Assembly: GCA_963756735.1 (NCBI GenBank)
Contig: CAVWOY010000007.1
Span: 3,520-67,519 of the forward strand
Length of the DNA: 64,000 nucleotides
Source of the DNA: an uncultured Alphaproteobacteria bacterium
Lineage (GTDB): Bacteria; Pseudomonadota; Alphaproteobacteria; Rhizobiales; Hyphomicrobiaceae
Direction: 5' to 3'
Position numbers and translations under genes: made by a program. Shown in pieces: positions 1-8,342 of this stretch. Below the pieces are notes generated by a model that made no database searches, was not told where the DNA came from, and saw nothing but the letters and a program-made list of their open reading frames with translations. The stretch's first letter is position 1; every line of letters starts with the position of its first letter.

Positions 1-363
1 CATGCGGTGCACGCGCCAGAGGGCAGGCACCGCGTGGAACAAAACGTGTTGCAGATAGATGGCTAGGTCGAGCAGGACGATGCCAACAGGGATGGCTGCC
101 CAAGCCGGAACGTCGAAGGCGTTGAACAGTCCCCAGCCTCGAGCTTCGGCAAGCAGAGCCAGGGCGACCGCGCCAATGGGAAACACCAGCCGCACCAGCA
201 CCGTATCAAGGACGAGAACGCCGATGTTGGAAGGCCAACGTGCTGACCGGCCAATCTTCTGGTCACGACGCGGTGCCAGCAGCTCCCAGACGACCATTGC
301 GGCCAAGATGCTGCCGAAGGCCGCCAGGCGGACGAAGGGTTCGGTTGACAGCATGGCGTCCAT
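1..363 (-). CDS. Fatty-acid hydroxylase / sterol desaturase family protein, N-terminal part (3' end runs off the window)
   Basis: Absent from the ORF track because there is no stop in the window. Reverse translation from ATG at 363 gives MDAMLSTEPFVRLAAFGSILAAMVVWELLAPRR...LDLAIYLQHVLFHAVPALWRVHRM. This shows TM helices followed by His boxes HxxxH and HRM(HH), typical of this superfamily. Confidence 0.65.
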   Translation of the reverse strand, partial: MDAMLSTEPFVRLAAFGSILAAMVVWELLAPRRDQKIGRSARWPSNIGVLVLDTVLVRLVFPIGAVALALLAEARGWGLFNAFDVPAWAAIPVGIVLLDLAIYLQHVLFHAVPALWRVHRM

Positions 364-386
364 GTTCAATAATTCACTTGAATGAT

Positions 387-1073
387 ATGACGATGTCAAG
401 CACCTTCAATCCAAAGCGCGCCCTCTATGCGCAATTTGCCGTCGTCGCCAAGGCGATTGCGCATGAGCACCGGCTCGAACTGCTCGAGCTGGTGGCTCAG
501 GGCGAACGTAGCGTCGAGGCTCTGGCTGAGCGGTCGGGACTGTCGACTGCCAACGTTTCGCAGCATCTCCAGAATTTGCGCCGCGCCGGGTTGGTAGCAT
601 CGCGGCGGCAGGCCAAGTTTGTGCTCTATCGGCTGGCGGACGAGGCCGTTCTCACCATGCTGGCGGCCCTACAGAAAGTGGCGGAGCGCAATGTCGGCGA
701 GGTGGAGCGCATCTTGCGCAGCTACTTCCATGCACGCGATGAGCTGGAGCCGGTGTCCCGCGCCGAGCTCACGCAGCGCATGAAGAAGGGCTTAGTCACA
801 GTCATCGACGTGCGCCCTAAGGACGAGTTCGCGCTCGGGCATGTCCCCGGGGCACGCAACATTCCGCTGAGCGAGCTGAAACGGCACCTGTCGAAGCTCG
901 ACCGCAAGAGCGAGATCGTAGCGTACTGCCGCGGCCCCTATTGCGTGATGTCGTTCGAGGCCGTGGCCCAGCTGCGCAAGCTCGGGTTCAATGCGCGCAG
1001 GCTGGAGGATGGCCTGCCCGAGTGGAAGGCTGCCGGTTTTCCGGTGCAAACGGGCACCTCCTCCCGGGCGTGA
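387..1073 (+). CDS. ArsR/SmtB-family transcriptional regulator fused to a rhodanese domain
   Basis: ORF 240..1073; likely start ATG 387 (MTMSSTF). wHTH segment HRLELLELV..STANVSQHLQNLRRAGLV, then a rhodanese domain with active-site loop AYCRGPYC. Confidence 0.85.
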   Translation: MTMSSTFNPKRALYAQFAVVAKAIAHEHRLELLELVAQGERSVEALAERSGLSTANVSQHLQNLRRAGLVASRRQAKFVLYRLADEAVLTMLAALQKVAERNVGEVERILRSYFHARDELEPVSRAELTQRMKKGLVTVIDVRPKDEFALGHVPGARNIPLSELKRHLSKLDRKSEIVAYCRGPYCVMSFEAVAQLRKLGFNARRLEDGLPEWKAAGFPVQTGTSSRA

Positions 1074-1104
1074 GCCCGTTCTGTGTAGCGCAGGAGGCGT
1101 TGCA

Positions 1105-1303
1105 ATGAAGCTGTACTATACCCCGGGCACGAGCTCACTGTTCGCCCACATCGTGCTCCATGAGGCTGGCCTCGCTTTCGAGACGACCAAAGTCGATGAG
1201 CACACGAAACTCATGGACAATGGCGGGGACTACCGGACGGTCAATCCCTTAGGCTTCGTACCGGCCCTGGAGCTAGATGACGGCACCGTCCTCACCGAGG
1301 GAG
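1105..1303 (+). pseudogene. Glutathione S-transferase, N-terminal thioredoxin-like fragment only (3'-truncated)
   Basis: MKLYYTPGTSSLFAHIVLHEAGLAFETTKVDEHTKLMDNGGDYRTVNPLGFVPALELDDGTVLTEG aligns with GstA-type N-termini. Homology stops at about 1303, where the IS1-like frame begins. Confidence 0.8.
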
Positions 1304-1978
1304 CGGCGTCAGGTCGATGAAATCTGGTGCTTCGTCTACGCGAAGCAGGCGCACGTGCCGAAGGCCAAAAGTCCGCCGCCTGGTGCGGGCGATATTTGGA
1401 CGTGGACGGCTATTTGCGCAGACACAAAGCTCGTGCCGTCGTGGCTGGTCGGATCGCGCGACGGCGATGCCGCCAAGGCTTCATCGGCGATCTGGCCGCC
1501 GCCTCGCCAACAAAGTGCAGCTCACCAGCGATGGACACAGCGCCATACCTCGAAGCGATTGAGCAATGCGTTCGGTGCCGACATCGACTATGCGCAGATT
1601 GCAGAAAATCTACGGCAAGTCGGATGAAGGCCGAGAAGCGCTACAGCCCGCCCGAGTGCATTGGCTGCGAAACCAAAGTGATCGAAGGCAACCCCGAGGC
1701 CCGAGCACATCTCCACCAGCTACGTGGAGCGCAACAACCTGACGATGCGCATGCACATGCGCCGGTTCACGAGGCTGACAAATGCCCTCTCAAAGAAGGT
1801 GGAAAACCACGCGCACGCCGTGGCGCTGCACTTCATGTACTATAACTTCTGTAAGCTGCACAAAGCGCACCGGCTAACGCCCGCGATGGCAGCGGGCGTC
1901 ACGGATCGGCTGTGGGACGTGGCCGATGTTGTGAAGGTGCTGGAAGAATGGGAACGCCAGCCTCATCCAAATAGCTGA
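1300..1978 (+). mobile_element. IS1-family-like DDE transposase relic: lacks the N-terminal ~80 aa and has at least 5 frameshifts
   Basis: The protein is pieced from three frames (ORFs 1277, 1317, 1327 and 1724). Segments: QVDEIWCFVYAKQ..GDIWTWTAICADTKLVPSWLVGSRDGDAAKA / RLANKVQLTSDGHSA / YLEAIEQ / AFGADIDYAQI / EKRYSPPECIG..IEGNPE / ERNNLTMRMHMRRFTRLTNALSKKVENHAHAVALHFMYYNFCKLHKAHRLTPAMAAGVTDRLW. Confidence 0.8.
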
Positions 1979-2510
1979 AGAAGGGGACTGCTATTCCTCT
2001 TTCTTTGGCCCACGCGCGAAGTTCGTCGACCGCGACCTTTGTGTCATAGTGGACTGGAACAACGGGAGACCCCTGGTTAAAGAAATCGGACAGATTTTTG
2101 ATTTTCCCGGCCTCAACCGCAGTGGCAATGTGGTGCGCCCAAATTCGTGCCTTTTCGGGGTATGGCGTCCCCTGGAACCAGCCGACATCAGCAAAAAGGC
2201 AAGCCGCCTGTCCTATGTGAAGAACGTCCGCGTGACGCCAAATCTCGTAGTCAGGCTTCCTGTAGATGGCGCCCCGCACAAGTACGCCCACCAGACTTGG
2301 CAGAAGCATCAAGTAGGCAATCGCAACCGCAAAGCAGATTGACACAGCGACAACAATCGGGAGGGGGAGCCCTTGGATCATTGCCCAAGCCGCCCAACCA
2401 AGAGCGCCGAGGATCGCCGTAAGCGGCACCCAGAAGCCGAGCAGTTCCAGAACCGCCTTGCCGGTCTTGAGCAACGAGACAAGATTCTGGAGGTGTTTGG
2501 TACCGCCCAT
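1899..2510 (-). CDS. Hypothetical membrane protein (2 predicted TM helices), 3' end apparently replaced by antisense IS sequence
   Basis: ORF 1899..2564; likely start ATG 2510 (MGGTKHLQNL). Hydrophobic LELLGFWVPLTAILGALGWAAWAMI and PLPIVVAVSICFAVAIAYLMLL. Locally low GC. The last ~30 codons overlap the transposase 3' end in antisense. Confidence 0.4.
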   Translation of the reverse strand: MGGTKHLQNLVSLLKTGKAVLELLGFWVPLTAILGALGWAAWAMIQGLPLPIVVAVSICFAVAIAYLMLLPSLVGVLVRGAIYRKPDYEIWRHADVLHIGQAACLFADVGWFQGTPYPEKARIWAHHIATAVEAGKIKNLSDFFNQGSPVVPVHYDTKVAVDELRAWAKERGIAVPFFSYLDEAGVPILPAPSQHRPRPTADP

Positions 2511-2599
2511 GGCTTTAGAGTACGTGGCGCATGCCCAACGGGGCAAGCAAGAGCGCTCAAGCAATGCCGAGGGCTGGGGATTTCAAACTGACCCACTAC

Positions 2600-2990
2600 C
2601 CGCTTGCGTGCTGACCAGACAATGGTGAGCAGTTCGCGTTGAGCACCAACTCTGCCTTGCGTCCGTCGCTGGTGCACCGGGTGGGCTAGGTGTATCGCCA
2701 GACTGCTTGGCGGTGTAGTTGTCACGCAGGCCGACAAGCCACGACGGCACCCCCAAGTTCTGTCCATGTGGAGTCGACCGAGGCGATGGGACCATCGAGA
2801 ACGCATCTAGGGCCCCTAGCACGGGCATCGCGAGCTGAAGGCTCAAGCCCGGCGCTGAACCCAGGCGGGTCAGCATCAAACTCGGGGCATGGCCCCCCCC
2901 GCGCGCGCGCCGCCCAACGCTTGGGGGCTGTGCGCCTCTCCCCCACAGCCTGAAATTTCTGTAGCCACCCTTTCACCGGGGGCAAGCCCC
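2600..2990 (-). mobile_element. Second, short and degenerate IS1-like transposase fragment in the opposite orientation
   Basis: The reverse frames contain STWTELG / VPSWLVGLRDNYTAKQ. These match the GDIWTWTA..KLVPSWLVGSRDGDAAKA block of the 1300-1978 relic. The rest is unalignable by eye. Confidence 0.3.
2860..2910. repeat. Inverted-repeat copy A (ggggcatgg-C8-(gc)5 core with diverged outer flank)
   Basis: 2884-2910 ggggcatggccccccccgcgcgcgcgc is the reverse complement of 4810-4834, apart from C-run length (8 vs 6). Confidence 0.85.
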
Positions 2991-3357
2991 TTTTTCAGTC
3001 AGTACTGTACTGATGTCGGCGCTACGCCTGGGGCTGCGCGCCTCCATCCTCTGCCGGTGCTCTCGTTGCGTCGCTTGCCTGCCATGCTGCGTCTCCATCG
3101 CAAATGCGTTGACACACACATGGAGCGAATTCGGGCCGGTTTTGGGTCGCAGTCCTGGTGCGGGACCTGCTGGGCGTGGCGGTGCTTCCGAGCAGGCCCC
3201 GTGGACGAGAAGCCAAATCGCGCTAGCATTGAACACCATCCCCCAAACGTACGACCCGGCTCTCTGCCATCAACAGAGGCCGGGCCATAAGTAGCTGGTC
3301 GTTCGAGCCGTAGCGCGGCGCGGACTTGACCGGTGCCCACGTTGGGAGGGGGCAGCC

Positions 3358-5809
3358 ATGTACAGTACTTATCGCAAAACACCTGCGGTCGTTCACTATG
3401 TAGCCGGGCCATGTGGCTCCGGTAAAACGCACGCCTTCATCGACCTGACAGCGGACAAGCACACATGCGCGCGAAATGAGCGCAACACGCTATACGTGGG
3501 CATATCCAAGGAGCTGCTCGACCAGGTGGAAATGGGCCTCAAGGCGGGCGGCATCACTGCCCGTACGCATCAATTCGGTCACCCATCGGGGTCGAGTGAC
3601 ACCTGAGATCTTGAACTGGCTCCGGTGTCGCAACCACGAGAATGAAGTGCTGCTGATCACTCACGCGGCGTACCTCGACCTGCCTTACTTCCACCATCGC
3701 GAGGCCTGGGACATCGTCATCGATGAGGTGCCCCAGTGCGACACCTTCTACGACCCCAGGCTGCCGAGAAGCTGGAGCCTGCTCAACGAGCACTTGGACA
3801 TCGGCAGGGTTATTGGAAAACGCCTGGGCCACTTGGTGCCGCACAATCTTGGCAGCACGCGGCACTATCTGGAGCAGCCTCGTGATGACGGCGAGGAAGT
3901 CGCACGGAAAATCATCGCCGACGTGTGCAACCCCAACAAGCGGGTGTTTGTAGACCTAGCGTCCTGGGAACGCATGGTTGAACGAGCCAAGGTCTCGACC
4001 AAGCTCGACGACGCGAACCGCATATGCTTCCTGTCGATGCTGTCTGCGCAGGCCTTCCGCGGGGCCACCGTCATGGGCGCTGATGTTGAGCAGTCATTGC
4101 TCTGGCACTGGCTAGGCATGAACGGCGTCGAGTGGACGGACAACACGAGTATCACTCAGCGCCTTCGTTACAAGCAGTACCCCACCGAACTCGCCCAGCG
4201 GGTCCACGTCCATCACGTCTTCGACGACGACGGGCACTGGTCGAAGAAGAAGCGCAATGAAGCGGGATGCAAGATGGACGATGCCATCAAGGCATGGGTG
4301 GGCGACGACCGCTTCTTGCTCGTGCAGAACAACGATGCAAAGAGCAGCCTAACAGCGCTCCCGGGATGTCAGCAGATGTCCCCCGTATGCCATGGCCTCA
4401 ACCGCTTTCAAGGCTACAACCGGCTCGTCTTCACCTCGGCGCTCAATCGAAAAAACATGCATCGCGGCATGCTCAACGACCTTGGCATAGGCGACGAGGT
4501 TCAGCGTCAGTCGATTGTGTACTCGGTACTGCACCAGGCGGTCATGAGAACGTCGCTTCGCAACCCGATGTTCAGGGAGAGAGTGAACATCCTGGTTCCG
4601 GACAGGTGGATGGCCGACGACGTGGCTTGCGCACTGGGCGGAGCCTACATCTGCGACGCGGCGGGCAAGCTTCCCAAGCGGTTCAGGGTCAACAAGCATG
4701 GCAACGCCAGCTCAAGTTGTACGCGGAACACGAAAAACGAGGACTATAAAAATTCTATACTCCTCGACTTTGGCGTTGCATCATCAACTTCATCGCGACG
4801 CAAACCGCAGCGCGCGCGCGGGGGGCCATGCCCCGATATCGATGATGAGCCCACTTGCAGCGTCCACATTCAGTGGAACCAGCTGCGACCTCGCCGTGAC
4901 GACCCAACGAAATCCTACGACACCCGGTTCGAAAGCCAGTCGGTGCCGGTGCTAAAGCTTGTCACCTATCTCGAGAAAATGCACAAACGGGTTCGGACTG
5001 AAAAGACCGGCGACAAACTCTTCCAGCTGACGATGTTCGACGAAGATTTTCTTATCGCCATGGAGGGCTACATCACCGCGGGCTTCCTCAACACGCGGAA
5101 CTTCATGTTCAGCTACGGCCTGCTGCTCGACTTTGACGGTGGCTCGGTGACACCGGATGAGTTTATCCGCATCTTTTGGACAGATGCTGGTAGCCGGACG
5201 AAACACGCCTTCATCATCTGCAACACCTTCTCTTCCTCGCCAGCGAAGTCGAAGTTCAGGGTGGTACTTCCGTTCCGCGAGAGCACTCACTCCATCGCGC
5301 AGTTCAAGGCCGTGGTCGACTCTATCGTCAAGCGCCTAGAGGAGAATGGACACCCCGCCAAGCAGTCGGGGCTGGACCCCAGGTCGCGGAACGTAGTCCA
5401 GCGCTACTATCTGCCATGCACGAACGCAGCACACCCGAACTCGGCTTTCTTCGAGACGTACGGGCTGCGTCGGACAGATGAGTTCCTGCGGTACGCCATC
5501 AATCCCGCTGACCATATCCCTGTGCCGCGAAAAGAGAGAAAGCGCCTGATGATCAGCCCCAAACACAGCGGGGCTGTCAACGCTCAGCGCATCCTTGACG
5601 ATGCCGAAGAGCTGAAGGCGAAAATCGAGGGAATGTTCGAGGACCGCCGTGACTTGGTTTTCCAGCTAGCCTGCAAATTGGCGGCGGTCTGGCCGCTCGA
5701 CCAGGTCCAGGATGATTTGATGGACTGGGCGCCCAATGACAAGGTCGAGGAGCATGTCGAAAGTGCCATGGAGTACTTGGACAACCTTGATTGGACCCAG
5801 GCAGCTTAA
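3358..5809 (+). CDS. P-loop SF2-type helicase fused to a primase-polymerase (AEP)-like C-terminal domain; one apparent +1 frame break near 3565-3590
   Basis: ORFs 3358..3606 and 3476..5809. RBS gggaggggg lies ahead of ATG 3358. Walker A GPCGSGKT (3406-3429). Walker B IVIDEVP (~3713-3733). Motif VI-like HQAVMRTSLR (~4532-4561). C-terminal LLLDFDGG (5120-5143), KHAFIICN and FRVVLPF resemble AEP motifs I-III. Confidence 0.6.
4810..4860. repeat. Inverted-repeat copy B, inside the helicase-primase ORF (codons QRARGGPCP)
   Basis: gcgcgcgcgcggggggccatgcccc at 4810-4834. The outward flank is partly similar to the flank of copy A (PDIDDEP vs PEFDADP when translated). Confidence 0.85.
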
Positions 5810-6059
5810 CTGGTGTCGGCAACGGCCCGGCGCTGCTAGCGTGCCGGTGCTACGCGCAGAGGACCTACCCTGACGCAGACATCAAGTACGCGAACATCGG
5901 CGCGCTCGCCTGCGATTCACTCGCCATGGGAGGCGGGGTCCCGCGACGGTCATGTCGACACCCACGTAGACATAGCCCACCTGGGTCAGCTTCCCGGTCT
6001 CCTCGTCGCACACCAGGATACGCACGCGGAAACCCAGGGGCTGCCATTTCGCGGCGCCT

Positions 6060-6265
6060 TTCGTCGTTCATCGCGAAGCCGCTCATGCGACAATGCCAGT
6101 TCCTTGGCCCACAGTTCGAGGCCATCTCCTGTAACCGCCGCGCGTGGTTGTGGTTCGCCTCGTCAGTCCTGTGAGTGGTTCAACACCCGCCCGACGACCT
6201 CATCAGCCACGCCCAGGTCGCCCATCAACGTCGCCGCGGTCCTGCGCAGGTCGTGCGGCGTGAGT
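6060..6265 (-). pseudogene. Tyrosine-recombinase C-terminal fragment (second integrase relic)
   Basis: TPHDLRRTAATLMGDLGVADEVVGRVLNHSQD at the tail of ORF 6163..6654. It is followed out of frame by LELWAKELAL-like residues. No N-terminal or core domain is present. Confidence 0.55.
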
Positions 6266-6269
6266 CGCG

Positions 6270-7444
6270 GATGCAAGCAAGCACCATCCGCGTCGAGTAG
6301 TACACGGAGCCGGTGGTCCCACTGTTCCAGTGCTGCCTTCATGTCCGAGAACCGTTGTGCGTGGTTGTAGTGCTTGCCTGTCACAGTGGTCGGTGCATGG
6401 TTCAGGATTTTGCCAATCACCTCATCCGAGATCCCCATGGCGCCCAGGCGTGTTGCCAATGTCCGGCGCAGGTCATGGGTGCCCACTCCTTGAAGGACCT
6501 TCGTCCGGGCACGCAAACGGATGAGCGCATGCATTGCTGACCTCGGTCTCATTGGGCCTCCGACTGGGACTCGGGAATAGCCACACATCGGACCTAGATC
6601 TGGCCAGAGCTGCCTCCAAGATGGAACAGGCAAGTTCGGGAAGGGGTAGTACATGCGAACGCCGGCTTTTGGTCCTCCCGGCGGGGATGGTCCAGACTCC
6701 CGTGCCGATGTCGATTTCGTTCTTGGCGGTGCCCATGGCCTCGCTAATCCGAAGCCCGAGTAGCAGTTGCAGTCTCAGAGCGTCGCAAACTTCTACCGAG
6801 ATCTTCGATTCCTTGAGCAGTCGCCAGAAGAGCCGTATCTCGTCATCGTCTAGCACCCTGCTCCTCGGCCGCGACGTGTTGCGCTTCTTCAGTCCCGTGG
6901 TTGGGTTGCCTTCCAGGCGGCCAGTGGCGTTGGCCCAATTGAAAACAGCCCTCACTATGCCAAGAACGCGGTCGGCGGCCACGTACCGGCCCCGACTTGC
7001 GACCTTCTCTACGACGAGAGCTACATCGCTTCTTCTGACCATGCTGGCTCGCAGTCCGCCGAGGACGGGCACGACATCGGCCCTCAGAATGCGCTCCAAC
7101 TCGCCGCACCAACTCGGCTTCAAACGATGACGGGCTTCTTCAACAAAGCATTTGGCGAGGTCCGCGAAGCTGACCTGCTCCCCCAGCAGACTTTCAAGCG
7201 GGTCCTTTCCTTGCCGCACCGCGCCGCCGAGAGACAACGCCCTGTCCCTTGCCTCCACCAGCGAAACCGTCGGGTACGAGCCCAACGAAATCTTTCGCCA
7301 CCTGCCGGTTGGTGAACTCAGGTAAGAGTAGGACCAGCTCTTTGTCCCTGCCGCCGTTATCCTTAGGACGAGGTTGCGGACTCCCTTGATTTTGAACTCA
7401 CCGCTCGTGTTCGCGGCTTGGACTTGACGGTCGGTGGCTAGCAT
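6270..7444 (-). pseudogene. P4-type (DUF4102 + phage integrase) tyrosine recombinase with a frame break near 6575
   Basis: Start ATG 7444: MLATDRQVQAANTSGEFKIKGVRNLVLRITAAGTKSWSYSYLS..LGSYPTVSLVEARDRAL. Continues in ORF 6163..6654 as AMHALIRLRARTKVLQGVGTHDLRRTLATRLGAMGISDEVIGKILNH..KHY. Confidence 0.8.
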
Positions 7445-7504
7445 GCGTTTGGAAAGTCTTGGCACGTTCTCCTCGTGGTCTTGAGGGCGATAGTTGGGCA
7501 ATAG

Positions 7505-7813
7505 GCGGCCCACCAGCAGGCCTCGCATCTGGCCAGGCAGTTGCCCAGGCGAATCGCCGGAATGCCGGTGCGCGAGTGGCACTACCGCGACTTCGGCTCG
7601 CTGGTGTCGCTGGGCGAGTACTCCACCGTCGGCAACCTGATGGGCAAGCTGGTGGGCGGCAACCTGTTCATCGAGGGCGTGTTCGCCGGGCTGATGTACA
7701 AGTCGCTCTACAAGATGCACCAGCTGGCGCTGCACGGGCCCACGAAGGTGACGCTGGACACCATCGCGCGGCTGATCTCGCGCCGCACGGAGCCGGTGGT
7801 GAAGCTGCACTAG
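7505..7813 (+). pseudogene. ndh: Type II NADH dehydrogenase (Ndh), C-terminal ~100 codons only (5'-truncated)
   Basis: AAHQQASHLARQLPRRIAGMPVREWHYRDFGSLVSLGEYSTVGNLMGKLVGGNLFIEGVFAGLMYKSLYKMHQLALHG...VKLH matches the conserved Ndh C-terminus. Homology starts immediately after a TAG at 7502. Confidence 0.8.
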
Positions 7814-7883
7814 TGTCCTGATCGCGAAATTCGTCTCACTGTGCGGCGAACTCGATACGAATTTCGCGATCTGAAGGACACTA
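7811..7883. repeat. Long near-perfect hairpin (24-27 nt arms, 22-nt loop) at the ndh stop codon
   Basis: The left arm tagtgtcctgatcgcgaaattcgt (7811-7834) pairs with acgaatttcgcgatctgaaggacacta (7857-7883). No T-run follows. Confidence 0.8.
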
Positions 7884-7998
7884 GCTGCAATTGTGGCGAC
7901 GGTTGGTGATGGAACTCCGCTCAGAGCGCAAGGCCCACGCAAGCCACGGGCAAGGCATGGAACCTATGTGGGGGCGCTTGCATACGGAGGAGCGCAAC

Positions 7999-8211
7999 AT
8001 GGCAAAGAAAGCCAGGGCAAAACAGATGGACGCGGCGCCAAGCCCGTCGCCGGCGTCACCCAGGTCGCTGATGCAGCGGCTGGCCGTCCTGCAGGAGGAG
8101 TTCGCGCAGCAGGTGCGCCAGCAGGATCAGGCGGCGCAGCCGCAGCCTGAGCCCCCGCCTGTGACCGAGACGGACGCGACCGCGCCCGCTTCCACCGAGG
8201 CTCAGTCGTAG
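7999..8211 (+). CDS. Small hypothetical Pro/Gln-rich protein
   Basis: RBS ggagga lies 8 nt before ATG 7999. Third codon positions are strongly G/C-biased. No recognisable family. Confidence 0.45.
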   Translation: MAKKARAKQMDAAPSPSPASPRSLMQRLAVLQEEFAQQVRQQDQAAQPQPEPPPVTETDATAPASTEAQS

Positions 8212-8342
8212 CTGGGCCTTCGCCCGGTCTGCAGCTCAGATCAGCTTGGCGATCGTGCCGGTGAGCGCCTTGGGTGAGCCGAGGGAATAGCCGCCGAGCT
8301 TGGAGGTCTTGAGCCCCAGGCGCACCAGCATCTCGGCGAGCT

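Larger units (their letters stand above)
1300..7502. mobile_element. Decayed integrative-element / insertion mosaic (IS relics, replication protein, integrase relics)
   Basis: Bounded by the broken gst (about 1303) and broken ndh (7502/7505). Sampled lines are visibly more A/T-rich than the flanks. Gene content is typical of small satellite-like islands. Confidence 0.55.

Noticed and set aside
2884-2910. The C8 plus (GC)5 tract, considered as a possible CRISPR or tandem-repeat seed.
   Set aside because: It is a single unit with one inverted partner at 4810-4834 and has no array structure. I reported it as an inverted repeat instead.
5830-6060. Minus-strand stretch translating to ..KWQPLGFRVRILVCDEETGKLTQVGYVYVGVDMTVAGP.., which looks protein-like.
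   Set aside because: There is no ATG, only an internal GTG, and the open frame is very short. I recognised no family. It is probably a fragment of a lost island gene, so I did not report it as a feature.
7445-7504. I searched for a tRNA or tmRNA gene, or a tRNA 3' fragment, next to the P4-type integrase. I made the same search at 5810-5860.
   Set aside because: There is no T-arm (GGTTCGA.TCC-like) or acceptor-stem pattern. The integrase abuts a truncated ndh instead.
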